A stretch of DNA of 64,000 bases, from positions 3,045 through 67,044 of the forward strand of contig JAHEGN010000010.1 in assembly GCA_024645085.1 (NCBI GenBank), in the 5' to 3' direction. Under the pieces are notes generated by a model that was given only the letters and a program-made list of their open reading frames with translations, made no database searches and had not been told where the DNA came from. Source of the stretch: Rhodobiaceae bacterium. GTDB taxonomy: Bacteria > Pseudomonadota > Alphaproteobacteria > RS24. Numbering within the stretch: the first letter of the stretch is position 1; each line of letters opens with the position of its first letter. The position numbers and the translations under genes are program-made. Below are positions 10,071 through 20,391 of the stretch, one piece after another.

Positions 10071-10157
10071 AGCGCAATCCTTTTTTTACGATTATAGTAC
10101 AGCCTCAAGCGGCCGCTCACTGATCAGTGCAGCGCCAGCAGATAGGGGAGAAATATC

Positions 10158-11144
10158 ATGAAAGCCTTAAGTGTGAGTGAGTTGGCCGAAAATTTCGCCG
10201 GTTGTGAGATTGTTGACATCGACCGCCCAAGCCCCAAAGCCGGGCAAATTTTGGTGCACATTCGCGCTGCCGCTATTGGCTTTCCCGATTTATTAATGAC
10301 CCAAGGGCTTTATCAGCACAAACCTGATTTGCCGTTTATCCCGGGCACTGAAATTGCCGGCGATATTGTTGCGCTCGGCGACGGGGTTGAGGGTTTTGCC
10401 ATTGGGCAGGCCGTGGTCGCCAGCAAATTAGGCGGCGGCTTGGCCGAATATGGGGTGTTCGACGCCGCCACCAGTCGGCTGAAACCGGATAATTTAAGCT
10501 ATGCGCAAGCTGCCGCAACCACCAGCGCCTATTTGACGGCCTATGTGTCATTGGTACGCCGTGGCTATTTGCAAAAAGATGAATGGCTTTTGGTGCATGG
10601 TGCTGCTGGCGGGGTTGGGCTGGCGGCAGTTGATTTGGCGCATCATTTGGGAGCGAAAGTCATTGCGGTTGCCTCATCGGATGAAAAATTGGCCAAAATC
10701 AAGGCCCATGTGCCAGTTGAAGCCGTGCTCAATTCGCAAAATGGGTTCCGCGAGCAAGTTAAAGAAATCACCGGCGGCAAAGGTGCCGACGTGATTTATG
10801 ATCCGGTCGGTGGTGATGTGTTCGACGAAAGTGTCAGATGTATAGCTTGGGGCGGACGCCTGCTGGTTGTTGGCTTTGCTTCGGGGCGAATTCCCAATAT
10901 TTCCGCCAATATGCCGCTGATTAAAGGGTTTAGCGTGGTCGGCGTGCGGGCGGGCGAATATGGCCGCCGCGACCCGCAAGCGGGGGGCGAAAACATGGCC
11001 GCTGTCTGGGATTTAGCGGCACAAGGCAAGATTACCCCCTATGTTGATTGTGAATTACCTTTAAGCCAATGGCGTGATGCTTTCGGGCGAATGGAAAACC
11101 GTCAATTGGTCGGCCGCGTGATTGTTGACCCGAGCCGTTTTTAA
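10158..11144 (+). CDS. NADPH:quinone oxidoreductase-like MDR protein
   Basis: 328 aa with the HGAAGGVGLAAVDLA cofactor motif and an overall QOR layout. The SD GGGGAG lies 7 nt upstream of the ATG. Confidence 0.85.
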   Translation: MKALSVSELAENFAGCEIVDIDRPSPKAGQILVHIRAAAIGFPDLLMTQGLYQHKPDLPFIPGTEIAGDIVALGDGVEGFAIGQAVVASKLGGGLAEYGVFDAATSRLKPDNLSYAQAAATTSAYLTAYVSLVRRGYLQKDEWLLVHGAAGGVGLAAVDLAHHLGAKVIAVASSDEKLAKIKAHVPVEAVLNSQNGFREQVKEITGGKGADVIYDPVGGDVFDESVRCIAWGGRLLVVGFASGRIPNISANMPLIKGFSVVGVRAGEYGRRDPQAGGENMAAVWDLAAQGKITPYVDCELPLSQWRDAFGRMENRQLVGRVIVDPSRF

Positions 11145-11182
11145 TTAGTTTTTTTACTCACATAATGAGCGTTGAATAATGC

Positions 11183-11210
11183 TTGACTTGCGCAGGCGGC
11201 TTTGTATATT
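11183..11210 (+). promoter_or_regulatory. Putative rplU-rpmA promoter (TTGACT-16 nt-TATATT)
   Basis: The hexamers were read directly at 11183-11188 and 11205-11210. Confidence 0.5.
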
Positions 11211-11299
11211 CGCCGCTTGTCAGGGCTGGGTTTCAGCCCTTTTGAGATTATACCGACGTGTAGCAAAAACACGGCGATTTGGATAAAGGCAACAGAACG

Positions 11300-11689
11300 A
11301 TGTATGCAGTAATTCGCACCGGCGGCAAACAATACCGCGTCAGCAAAGATGATGTCATTGCTGTAGAACGCCTTGAAGGCAACGCAGGTGATAAAGTCAC
11401 GTTCGACGATATTCTGATCATCGGCGAAACAGGTAAAGAGCCAACAATTGGCGCACCAACAGTAACCGGTGCCAGCGTTAAGGCCGAAGTTTTGGGTCAA
11501 GACCGGGCCGATAAAATCACCGTCGTGAAATTTAAGCGCCGGAAAAATTATCACCGCACCAAAGGTCATCAACAACATCAGACTGTTGTGAAGATCACCG
11601 ATATTTCAGCCAAAGCGGCAGCCAAAAAAGCGGCACCGAAGAAAGCTGAAGCAGATGAAAGCGCCGACGCAGGCGCAAGCGAGGAGTAG
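11300..11689 (+). CDS. rplU: 50S ribosomal protein L21 with an Ala/Lys-rich C-terminal tail
   Basis: MYAVIRTGGKQYRV is the canonical N-terminus. The start was moved from 11279 to 11300. Confidence 0.93.
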   Translation: MYAVIRTGGKQYRVSKDDVIAVERLEGNAGDKVTFDDILIIGETGKEPTIGAPTVTGASVKAEVLGQDRADKITVVKFKRRKNYHRTKGHQQHQTVVKITDISAKAAAKKAAPKKAEADESADAGASEE

Positions 11690-11694
11690 AATAA

Positions 11695-11964
11695 ATGGCT
11701 CATAAAAAAGCTGGCGGTTCATCCCGCAACGGTCGCGATAGCGCAGGTCGTCGTCTCGGCGTTAAAAAATTTGGTGGCGAGCACGTCATCCCAGGCAATA
11801 TCATTATTCGCCAACGTGGTACCAAATGGCACCCGGGCGAGCATGTTGGCATTGGTAAAGACCACACAATCTTTGCTGTTGTCGAAGGCAATGTAAGTTT
11901 CGCTCAAACCCGTGGTGGCCGGACAACTGTATCCGTCACACCACTGGCTGAAGCAGCAGAATAA
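11695..11964 (+). CDS. rpmA: 50S ribosomal protein L27
   Basis: [24 protein letters not shown]. Confidence 0.95.
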   Translation: MAHKKAGGSSRNGRDSAGRRLGVKKFGGEHVIPGNIIIRQRGTKWHPGEHVGIGKDHTIFAVVEGNVSFAQTRGGRTTVSVTPLAEAAE

Positions 11965-12003
11965 CGGGCCGGCGGCCCGTAACGGGTGGCCAGCTGAAGT
12001 TCA

Positions 12004-12031
12004 GGGAGATGGGCCACCATCTCCCTTTTTT
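12004..12031 (+). terminator. Rho-independent terminator after rpmA
   Basis: GGGAGATGG-gcca-CCATCTCCC followed by T6. Confidence 0.8.
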
Positions 12032-12164
12032 CATGCCTAGAAGGCAGTCGTGAAGTTTTAATTTGATCAACACGAGCAAACACGTAAATTAGGGGGCGCG
12101 CCGACGTTGCCTGTAAACGGCCACAATGGTCAACAGGCTCAGCAACGGCCAAAGAGGTAAGACG

Positions 12165-13238
12165 ATGAAATTTCTCGATCAGGCGAAAGTCTATATTCGC
12201 TCTGGCGATGGCGGGGCTGGGTGCATTAGCTTCCGGCGCGAGAAATATGTTGAATTTGGCGGCCCCGATGGCGGCGACGGTGGCCGTGGCGGCGATATTA
12301 TTGCCGAATGTGTCGATGGGCTCAACACGCTGATTGATTATCGCTATCAGCAGCATTTCAAAGCCAGCACTGGTGTCCACGGCATGGGCAGCAACCGCAC
12401 TGGCGCCGATGGCCAAGACCGTATTTTGCGGGTGCCGGTCGGCACGCAGATTTTTGCCGAAGACAATGAGACGCTGATTGCCGATTTAACAAAAATTGGC
12501 CAAATTGAAATTCTCGCCAAGGGCGGCAATGGCGGCTTTGGCAATACACATTTCAAAGGCCCGGTTAACCGCGCCCCGCGCCATGCCAACCCCGGCCTTG
12601 AAGGGCGCGAGGCTTGGATATGGCTGCGCCTGAAATTGATTGCCGATATTGGTTTGATTGGCCTGCCAAATGCTGGCAAGTCCACCTTATTGGCCAATGT
12701 CAGCCGCGCTCGGCCGAAAATTGCCGATTATCCTTTCACCACATTGCACCCCAATTTGGGCGTCGTTGGCGCACGTGGGCGTGAATTTGTCATGGCTGAT
12801 ATTCCCGGTCTGATTGCCGGTGCCAGTGAAGGCGCTGGTTTGGGCCATCGCTTTCTCGGCCATGTTGAGCGCTGTGCCGTTTTGCTGCATTTGGTTGATG
12901 CCACGCAAGAAGATTTGGTCGACGCTTACCAGACCATTCGCAATGAATTGGCGGCTTATGATGACGGCCTGTCACAAAAGCAAGAGATTGTCGCCCTGAC
13001 CAAATGCGATGCGCTGACCGACGACATTTTGGCTGAAAAACTGGCGTCGCTGCAAGCCGTGTGCGACACGCCTGTGCGACAAATTTCAGCCGTTACCGGC
13101 CTCAATATGCAAGAGCTCAATGACACACTTTTGGGCATTATCGACAATAAGGGCAAACCCGCCTCGGACGGTCAGCCAACAACAGATGGCGCTGCCGATG
13201 ACGACGCGCCTTGGCATCCATTAGCTCAGGGGTCGTGA
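12165..13238 (+). CDS. obgE: GTPase Obg/CgtA
   Basis: [43 protein letters not shown] plus the G1 motif GLPNAGKST. The start was moved to the ATG at 12165. Confidence 0.93.
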   Translation: MKFLDQAKVYIRSGDGGAGCISFRREKYVEFGGPDGGDGGRGGDIIAECVDGLNTLIDYRYQQHFKASTGVHGMGSNRTGADGQDRILRVPVGTQIFAEDNETLIADLTKIGQIEILAKGGNGGFGNTHFKGPVNRAPRHANPGLEGREAWIWLRLKLIADIGLIGLPNAGKSTLLANVSRARPKIADYPFTTLHPNLGVVGARGREFVMADIPGLIAGASEGAGLGHRFLGHVERCAVLLHLVDATQEDLVDAYQTIRNELAAYDDGLSQKQEIVALTKCDALTDDILAEKLASLQAVCDTPVRQISAVTGLNMQELNDTLLGIIDNKGKPASDGQPTTDGAADDDAPWHPLAQGS

Positions 13239-14368
13239 TGCGTGCCGAAGTTTCCAATGCTAAAATTCTGGTCGTCAAAGTCGGCTCCTCGCTGCTCATT
13301 GATGGCAATCAGCTAAACCGTAAATGGTTGGCGGCGCTGGCCGCTGATTTGGCGCAAGCGCGGGCCAATGGGCAGCAAATTATTGTTGTGTCCTCGGGTG
13401 CCGTGGCGCTTGGCTGTGCCGCGCTCGGCCTATCGCGCGATACGCTGACGCTTGAACAAAGCCAAGCCGCCGCCGCTACTGGTCAGATTGATTTGGCGCA
13501 TGGCTGGAAAGAAGTTTTGCAGCCGCTCGGCCTATCAGCGGCGCAAATTTTATTGACCCTTGAGGACACAGAGCAAAGACGCCGTTATTTAAACGGGCGT
13601 CGGACATTGCAAAGCCTGCTCGATTTAGGGGCCATTCCCATTATTAATGAGAATGACACAGTGGCCACGCAAGAATTGCGTTATGGCGACAATGACCGTC
13701 TGGCGGCGCGCGTTGCCGGCATGATTTCAGCCGATTGTTTGATTTTATTTTCTGACGTCGACGGTCTTTACACCGCCGCTCCCGGCAAAGACGCCTCGGC
13801 TGAATTAATCACCGAAATCGACGTGATTGATGAGGCGGTGATGGCCATGGCCGGTGGTTCCAATAGTGATTATGGCTCTGGCGGCATGATTACCAAGCTC
13901 GAAGCCGCCCGCATTGCCATGCAAAGCGGCTGTCATATGGTGTTGGCCGATGGCCGCATGCAACATCCTTTGGTGGCGCTATCGCAAGGCGCTGCTTCAA
14001 CGCTTTTTAAAGCCCATGAAAACCCACGTTCGGCGCGACAAAATTGGATTGGTGGCAATCTCAAGCCGCGCGGCAGCTTGCACATTGACGCCGGTGCCAG
14101 CGCTGCTTTGCAGGCTGGTAAGTCGCTGCTACCAATCGGCGTGACGGCGATTGATGGCGAGTTTGAACGCGGCGATTGCGTCGCCATTATCGGCCCCGAT
14201 GGCTTTGATATGGCGCGCGGCCTCACCGCCTATGCCAGCGCTTCGGCGGCTCGCATTATCGGCCGGCAAAGTTCAGAAATCGTCTCGCTCTTGGGCTATA
14301 ATGGACGTTCTGAAATGATTCATCGCGATGATTTAGTGATGAGCCAGACGACAAGCAATGGAAAGTAA
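13238..14368 (+). CDS. proB: Glutamate 5-kinase
   Basis: The [10 protein letters not shown]-terminus, amino-acid kinase fold and a PUA-like C-terminus. The ATG overlaps the obg TGA (TGATG). Confidence 0.92.
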   Translation: MRAEVSNAKILVVKVGSSLLIDGNQLNRKWLAALAADLAQARANGQQIIVVSSGAVALGCAALGLSRDTLTLEQSQAAAATGQIDLAHGWKEVLQPLGLSAAQILLTLEDTEQRRRYLNGRRTLQSLLDLGAIPIINENDTVATQELRYGDNDRLAARVAGMISADCLILFSDVDGLYTAAPGKDASAELITEIDVIDEAVMAMAGGSNSDYGSGGMITKLEAARIAMQSGCHMVLADGRMQHPLVALSQGAASTLFKAHENPRSARQNWIGGNLKPRGSLHIDAGASAALQAGKSLLPIGVTAIDGEFERGDCVAIIGPDGFDMARGLTAYASASAARIIGRQSSEIVSLLGYNGRSEMIHRDDLVMSQTTSNGK

Positions 14369-14373
14369 TCAGT

Positions 14374-15663
14374 ATGTCAGATAAAAAAACCGATAAACAG
14401 GCAGATTTACAAACCCTGATGCTCGACATCGGCGCCAAGGCGCGCGCCGCCGCACGACAATTGGCGATTAGCCAGACCTCAGTCAAAAATCAAGCGCTGC
14501 AAAACGCCGCCAATGAATTGCGCGCCGCCGCCAGCGATATTCTCAAAGCCAATGCCGAAGATATGAAATTGGCACAGGCCGAAGGGGTCAATCAAGCCCG
14601 CCTCGACCGTATTATGCTCGATGAAAATCGCCTTGAGGGCATTGCCAAAGCGATTGAAGCGATTATTGACCTGCCCGATCCAGTCGGCCAATCTCTGGCC
14701 CGCTGGCAGGTGCCAAGCGGCCTAGATATCGACCGCGTGCGCGTGCCTTTGGGAGTTATTGGGGTGATTTATGAAAGTCGCCCGAATGTGACCGCTGATG
14801 CTGCTGCCCTATGTCTGAAAGCCGGTAATGCGGTGATTTTGCGCGGCAGTTCAGAAATCCAAAACTCCGCTCGGCTGATTCATCAATGCTTCGCCCGCGC
14901 TTTGAGTGCCGCCGGATTAGATGCCCATACGGTGCAAATCGTACCGACCCCTGATCGCGCCGCCGTCAGCATGATGCTGGCCGGCTTGAATGAACAAATT
15001 GATGTCATTGTGCCGCGTGGCGGCAAAGGTCTTGTCGGTTTAGTGCAAGAACAGGCTCGGGTGCCAGTATTTGCCCATTTGGAAGGCGTGTGTCACGTGT
15101 ATGTGCACCCAGACGCCGATTTAGCAATGGCCCGCGACATTGTGCTGAATGCGAAATTGCGCCGCACCGGCATTTGCGGCGCGGCCGAAACGCTTTTGGT
15201 CGATGCCGCTTGTGGCGATGATTATTTGCCAGCGCTGATTGACGCATTAATCGACGGTGGCTGTGAGGTGCGCGGCGATGCCGCCGCCCAAGCCGCCCAT
15301 CACGGCGTCACCCCAGCCACGAAAGATGATTATTATTGCGAATATCTCGACGCCATCATCGCCGTCCGCGTGGTCGCTGACCTTGATGCCGCCATCGCCC
15401 ATATTGGCCAATATGGCTCCAACCATACAGACGCGATCGTCACCGCCAATGCCGCCGCCGCTGAACGTTTCTTAAATGAAGTCGACAGCGCCATTGTCAT
15501 GCATAATGCCTCAACCCAATTTGCCGACGGCGGTGAATTTGGCATGGGCGCCGAAATCGGCATTGCCACTGGGCGTTTTCATGCCCGTGGGCCGGTCGGT
15601 TTGGAACAATTGACGAGTTTCAAATATGCCGTGCGTGGCTCAGGACAGACGCGCCCCAAATAG
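14374..15663 (+). CDS. proA: Gamma-glutamyl phosphate reductase
   Basis: 429 aa with ProA-wide similarity ([23 protein letters not shown]). Confidence 0.95.
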   Translation: MSDKKTDKQADLQTLMLDIGAKARAAARQLAISQTSVKNQALQNAANELRAAASDILKANAEDMKLAQAEGVNQARLDRIMLDENRLEGIAKAIEAIIDLPDPVGQSLARWQVPSGLDIDRVRVPLGVIGVIYESRPNVTADAAALCLKAGNAVILRGSSEIQNSARLIHQCFARALSAAGLDAHTVQIVPTPDRAAVSMMLAGLNEQIDVIVPRGGKGLVGLVQEQARVPVFAHLEGVCHVYVHPDADLAMARDIVLNAKLRRTGICGAAETLLVDAACGDDYLPALIDALIDGGCEVRGDAAAQAAHHGVTPATKDDYYCEYLDAIIAVRVVADLDAAIAHIGQYGSNHTDAIVTANAAAAERFLNEVDSAIVMHNASTQFADGGEFGMGAEIGIATGRFHARGPVGLEQLTSFKYAVRGSGQTRPK

Positions 15664-15676
15664 GGTGCGAATTAAG

Positions 15677-16294
15677 ATGACCCACTCACACGCATCCGCC
15701 ATGCCCTATTTTGCCCCCGGCACTTATATTGGCTTATTTGGCGGAAGTTTTGACCCGCCGCATGCTGGCCATCGGCTGGTTTCGCTATCGGTGATGCGGG
15801 CGCTGGGTTTAGATTATATTTGCTGGCTGGTCAGCCCGCAGAATCCGCTGAAAAATCATGCCCCCGATAATATGACCAAGCGCCTCGCCGCCTGCCAAAG
15901 CATGGCCGCCCATCCGCGCCTTATGGTCTCAGATGTTGAAGCCCGCCTTGGCACGCAATATGCCGTCGACACGGTGCGCCAATTGAAAGCCCGCCATCCG
16001 CAAGTGCATTTTATTTGGCTCATGGGCAGTGATAATTTCGCCAGCCTGCAGCACTGGAAACAATGGCAGCAGTTCATGCAGGAAGTGCCGGTCGCCATTT
16101 ATCCGCGCCCCGACAGCGCGCTCAAAGTGAACAATAGTCAAGCCGGACAGGTTTTCGCCCAACAGCGAGTGGCGGCCAATCAGGCGATTGATTTTAAACA
16201 TTTTAAGGCGCCTGCTTGGATTATGCTCGACGGCGTGCGTTCGCATTTATCCTCATCCGCCCTGCGCCAGAACGACGCCAACAAACAACATTGA
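15677..16294 (+). CDS. nadD: Nicotinate-nucleotide adenylyltransferase
   Basis: GGSFDPPHAGH motif. The start was moved to the ATG at 15677. Confidence 0.9.
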   Translation: MTHSHASAMPYFAPGTYIGLFGGSFDPPHAGHRLVSLSVMRALGLDYICWLVSPQNPLKNHAPDNMTKRLAACQSMAAHPRLMVSDVEARLGTQYAVDTVRQLKARHPQVHFIWLMGSDNFASLQHWKQWQQFMQEVPVAIYPRPDSALKVNNSQAGQVFAQQRVAANQAIDFKHFKAPAWIMLDGVRSHLSSSALRQNDANKQH

Positions 16295-16332
16295 AACCCA
16301 CCCATGAAATGGGGTAAACAAAGGTTACGGTT

Positions 16333-16800
16333 ATGCCGACAGCTTTTGTCAGTAGACTTAAGAAGGAATACGCTCTGAGCGAAAATACGCCAATGGCAAC
16401 AATTGAAGGCCCCGATCAGATTGACGGCGAGCTTCATAAAATGATTCTGGTCAGCCTAGACGACGATCTAGCGCAGGAAATTGTCACCATCTCTCTGGCT
16501 GGTAAATCAGCTATCGCCGACCATATGGTTATTGCCACTGGCCGCTCGAAACGTCATGTCGGGGCGCTGGCCGACCATTTGCAACGCAAATTGAAAGAAT
16601 TTGGTCTCAAATCTGTGCGCACAGAAGGCATGAGCAGTTGCGACTGGGTGCTGGTCGATGCCGGCGACGTAGTGGTGCATTTATTCCGCGAAGAAGTGCG
16701 CAGTTTCTATGACCTTGAAAAAATGTGGGCCGCTGAAGCCATTGCCATGACCTATGCGCCCAATCAAAAAAAACCGGGTGCGCTCGGCTCGAACGCCTAA
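16333..16800 (+). CDS. rsfS: Ribosome silencing factor RsfS (iojap family)
   Basis: The core ADHMVIATGRSKRHVGALADHL...DWVLVDAGDVVVHLF. The N-terminal extension is uncertain. Confidence 0.85.
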   Translation: MPTAFVSRLKKEYALSENTPMATIEGPDQIDGELHKMILVSLDDDLAQEIVTISLAGKSAIADHMVIATGRSKRHVGALADHLQRKLKEFGLKSVRTEGMSSCDWVLVDAGDVVVHLFREEVRSFYDLEKMWAAEAIAMTYAPNQKKPGALGSNA

Positions 16801-16803
16801 TCC

Positions 16804-17289
16804 ATGCGCCTTGACCTGCTCGCTGTCGGCCTCATGCGTGGCACGCCAGAGGAGCTTTTGGTGTCGACGCATATAGATCGAGCGCAAAAATCTGGTCGAC
16901 AAATCGGTCTCGATGGGCCGTATTTACACGAAATCAAAGAGCGCAAAGGGGCGACAGGCAGCGCCAAACAGCGCGAGGAATCGGCCCTTTTGATGACTGC
17001 TCTTGATCAACGTCCGGGGCTGGTGATCATGCTCGACGAAACCGGCAAGCAAATGACCAGCCGTGGCTTTGCACGTCAAATCAGCGATTGGCAGGACAAG
17101 GGCATGGCGCAGGCCAGTTTTGTTATTGGCGGCGCCGACGGGCTAACCGACGCCTTGCGGGCCCGCGCTGATGTCACAGTTTCTCTGGGGCAAATGACAT
17201 GGCCGCATATGCTGGCCCGAGCTTTATTATGCGAACAAATTTGGCGCGCCATTTCCATTTTGACCAATCACCCTTATCATCGCGATTGA
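16804..17289 (+). CDS. rlmH: 23S rRNA (pseudouridine1915-N3)-methyltransferase RlmH
   Basis: 161 aa SPOUT protein in the conserved position after rsfS. Confidence 0.9.
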   Translation: MRLDLLAVGLMRGTPEELLVSTHIDRAQKSGRQIGLDGPYLHEIKERKGATGSAKQREESALLMTALDQRPGLVIMLDETGKQMTSRGFARQISDWQDKGMAQASFVIGGADGLTDALRARADVTVSLGQMTWPHMLARALLCEQIWRAISILTNHPYHRD

Positions 17290-17303
17290 GGGCACTGAAA
17301 CGC

Positions 17304-18479
17304 ATGAGTAGGTTTTTTTATATTTTAATCGCTTTTTCTGTTGTCGTGGCCATGCCGCCAGCGACAGCTCAAAATGCGGAACAAGTTGAAAAGCTTGAGG
17401 CGTTGAATGACGAAATTCGTCAACGCCAACAACGTGCGCAAACACTAAAACAACAGGCCGAGGCGCTAGAGCAGCAAAAACGTTCTTTGCAAAAACGGGT
17501 TATTAATCTGGCACGTGACTTACAAAATATCGACGCTGAACGCGACCGATTGGAAACCCGACTTATTGAATTGGCGGTCAGCGAAAGTTCATTAGACGCT
17601 AATTTGCAGCAAGACCGCGCGCAATTGTCGGAAATGCTGGCCGGACTGCAAACCATGCATATTGAGAGCCCTCCGGCTTTCGCTGTTCACCCGGATGACG
17701 CTTTATCGGCCGTGCAGGGGGCTATTGTTTTAGCCAGTGTTGTACCCTCCATGCAAAGTCGGGCCAATAAATTACGTGATCAACTGACCGAATTGAGCCT
17801 CATTCGCCAGCGCATGGACGCCCAGTCGCAGGCGCTGATTGTCGCTGAAAATGACGCCGCTACAGCCCGCCAAGAGCTCAGCACAGCACTAGCGGCCAAA
17901 TCTGAGGCAGAGAAAGTCGCCCGCCGCGAAGCTGAAAAAGAAGCCCGCGCCATTGCTGTTTTAGTAAGACAATCGCGCAATTTGAAGGATTTAGCCAATA
18001 AGCTGCAAACACGGGCGCAGCAAAGGCGCGACTTGCCATCAGCCATACCGCCGACCAATAGTCAATTTGGCAAAGCCCGAGGCTTAGTACCAATGCCCGT
18101 ATCAGGGCGTATTATTGCCGGCTATGGCACTCAGACAGTCACCGGTGGGCCGCAGCAAAAGGGTATATTTATTGATGGCCGACCTGGTGCGCAAATCACT
18201 GCCCCGTATGATGCACGGGTTTTATATAGTGGGCCGTTCCGGCAATATGGCAGCATTGTTATTTTGGCGGTCGAGAACCGCTATCAAATGATTTTAGCCG
18301 GTATGGACAATACCACTGCCTATGTTGGGCAAGAACTTCTAGCTGGCGAGCCAATTGGTGTTTTGCCAGAAGAAAAAACCTCGCTGGGGGGTGTGTCTTC
18401 GGGGCGCGGTCAGCTATATATGGAACTCAGATTAGATGGTCAGCCGATTGACCCGACCCCTTGGTTGAAAACAAGTTAG
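17304..18479 (+). CDS. M23/LytM-domain peptidase with an N-terminal coiled coil (EnvC-like murein hydrolase activator)
   Basis: A signal peptide (MSRFFYILIAFSVVVAMPPATAQ), a long Q/E/R-rich coiled coil, and a C-terminal LytM-like domain. The start was moved to 17304. Confidence 0.82.
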   Translation: MSRFFYILIAFSVVVAMPPATAQNAEQVEKLEALNDEIRQRQQRAQTLKQQAEALEQQKRSLQKRVINLARDLQNIDAERDRLETRLIELAVSESSLDANLQQDRAQLSEMLAGLQTMHIESPPAFAVHPDDALSAVQGAIVLASVVPSMQSRANKLRDQLTELSLIRQRMDAQSQALIVAENDAATARQELSTALAAKSEAEKVARREAEKEARAIAVLVRQSRNLKDLANKLQTRAQQRRDLPSAIPPTNSQFGKARGLVPMPVSGRIIAGYGTQTVTGGPQQKGIFIDGRPGAQITAPYDARVLYSGPFRQYGSIVILAVENRYQMILAGMDNTTAYVGQELLAGEPIGVLPEEKTSLGGVSSGRGQLYMELRLDGQPIDPTPWLKTS

Positions 18480-18493
18480 AAGCGGAACTTAAA

Positions 18494-19843
18494 ATGCGTT
18501 TGCGAAATATAAACCCATCATTTTTTATGCTGTTCAGCGGCCTGATTTTCTCATGCCTTTTTCTGGCCCCTAGCGGTGCCCATGCGCAGCAAAATAATGA
18601 TGAGCTTTATCAACAACTGCAGCTTTTTGGCGATGTGCTGGAACAAGTGCGGGGCAATTATGTCGAAACTCCAGATGACAAAGAGTTGATTGAAGCGGCA
18701 CTCGCCGGCATGTTGAGTTCGCTGGATCCGCACTCAGCCTATTTGCCACCAAAAGGCTTTGAAGATATGCAAGTGCAAACGCGCGGCGCCTTTGGCGGTC
18801 TAGGCATTGAAGTGACCATGGATAAAGGCTTGGTCAAAGTCATCGCGCCGATTGACGACACACCAGCTCAACGCGCCGGCATGCGGCCCAATGATTTAAT
18901 CTCGCATCTTGATGGCGAACCAATTTTGGGTCTGACCCTGTCTGACGCGGTTGATTTAATGCGCGGTGAAAAAGGCACAGATATTACCATTACCGTCTTG
19001 CGCGAAGGCGAGGATGAACCGCTGGAAATCACCATCACCCGCGACATTATTAAAATTCGCGCGGTCCGCTCGCGGGTTGAAGGGGCCGATAAAAATGTTG
19101 CCTATATTCGCCTCACCACTTTTAACCAACAGACAACATCAAATCTGAAATTGGCCCTTAACCAATTGCCAGCCGAAATTGGTCAAAAAAAATTGGCCGG
19201 TTTTATTATTGATTTACGCAATAATCCTGGCGGGCTTTTGAACCAAGCGATTAGCGTGTCGGATATGCTGCTTGATCAGGGCGAGATTGTGTCGACCCGT
19301 GGACGCAGCCCAGAAGACAGCTCGCGTTATAATGCCAAACGCGGTGATATGGCACGCGGCTACCCAATTGTTGTGATGATTAATGGCGGCTCAGCCTCGG
19401 CCTCTGAAATTGTTGCTGGGGCGCTGCAAGACAATCATCGGGCGATTATTATGGGCACTCAGAGTTTTGGTAAAGGCTCGGTGCAAACCATTATGCCGCT
19501 GCCTAACAATGGCGCTTTGCGGATGACCACGGCGCGCTATTTCACCCCATCAGGAAGATCGATTCAGGCGCTTGGCATTTCGCCGGATATTGTGTCGGAA
19601 CAAATTATTCCTGAGGATATGAAAAAACGCGAGGCGCGCACTGAAGCGTCATTGCGTGGCCGTTTGGACGGCGAAAATATTGATGGCGAAAGCAATAGTA
19701 AAGACACTAAAGAGCCAGAGAAAAAGCCCTCAATCGCCTTTATTCCGCCAGAACCCGCCGATGATGCGCAATTGCAGCATGCGATTAAGCTATTGATTTA
19801 TCTGCAAAAATCGGCCAGTTCTGAGTTTAAGCCAGCCTCATGA
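18494..19843 (+). CDS. ctpA: C-terminal processing (S41, tail-specific) peptidase
   Basis: A signal peptide, a PDZ region, and the GGSASASEIVAGALQD and FGKGSVQT motifs. Confidence 0.9.
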   Translation: MRLRNINPSFFMLFSGLIFSCLFLAPSGAHAQQNNDELYQQLQLFGDVLEQVRGNYVETPDDKELIEAALAGMLSSLDPHSAYLPPKGFEDMQVQTRGAFGGLGIEVTMDKGLVKVIAPIDDTPAQRAGMRPNDLISHLDGEPILGLTLSDAVDLMRGEKGTDITITVLREGEDEPLEITITRDIIKIRAVRSRVEGADKNVAYIRLTTFNQQTTSNLKLALNQLPAEIGQKKLAGFIIDLRNNPGGLLNQAISVSDMLLDQGEIVSTRGRSPEDSSRYNAKRGDMARGYPIVVMINGGSASASEIVAGALQDNHRAIIMGTQSFGKGSVQTIMPLPNNGALRMTTARYFTPSGRSIQALGISPDIVSEQIIPEDMKKREARTEASLRGRLDGENIDGESNSKDTKEPEKKPSIAFIPPEPADDAQLQHAIKLLIYLQKSASSEFKPAS

Positions 19844-20385
19844 ACGCTCTCGCCCCACCCCATTATGGCCCAGACCATCCGGCCCAGAAACTGGCGTGGC
19901 GCGCCTGCGTCGGCATTGTTTTGCTGAACCCGCAGGGTCTGGTGTTCACCGGTCGGCGGGTGGTCGATAAATTGCCAGTCGATGCGCCGCTATGGCAATT
20001 GCCGCAAGGCGGTATGGACAAGGGTGAAACCCCTGAGCAAGCGGCTTTTCGCGAGCTCGAAGAAGAAACCGGTGTCACCGAGGCAGAGATTATTTACGAA
20101 CTGCCCGAATGGCTGAGCTATGATTTGCCCGAGGCCTTGATTGGCAGCGCCCTAAAAGGAAAATATCGCGGTCAGAAGCAAAAATGGTTTGCCATGCGCA
20201 TGATCGGCGGCGATGACGCCATTCGCCTTGATGCGCATGAGCAGGTTGAATTTGATGACTGGGCGTGGCGGCCTTTAGACGCCTGTGTCGATTTGGTGGT
20301 CGATTTCAAAAAGCCGCTCTATGCCAATTTGGCCGAGCGTTTAGCTTTTTTATGCCGCGACGCCTCAAGCTCACATCAGCGGTAA
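19840..20385 (+). CDS. rppH: RNA pyrophosphohydrolase (Nudix)
   Basis: Nudix box GGMDKGETPEQAAFRELEEETGV. There is an ATGA overlap with ctpA. Confidence 0.88.
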   Translation: MNALAPPHYGPDHPAQKLAWRACVGIVLLNPQGLVFTGRRVVDKLPVDAPLWQLPQGGMDKGETPEQAAFRELEEETGVTEAEIIYELPEWLSYDLPEALIGSALKGKYRGQKQKWFAMRMIGGDDAIRLDAHEQVEFDDWAWRPLDACVDLVVDFKKPLYANLAERLAFLCRDASSSHQR

Positions 20386-20391
20386 AGGCTC

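Noticed and set aside
9987-10097. A 36-codon ORF (MWRLDSSPYLFRGHMSRSVCPQTGRHFFSAILFLRL) within the structured intergenic RNA.
   Set aside because: No Shine-Dalgarno precedes its ATG, and it reads straight through the 13-bp terminator stem and T-tract. The region is better explained as RNA structure.
11141-12416. Minus-strand ORFs (145 aa and 170 aa) overlapping the rplU leader and gene, and the rpmA-obg region.
   Set aside because: They overlap canonical ribosomal-protein and obg genes and their promoter and terminator. They have no motifs, and they span a plus-strand terminator.
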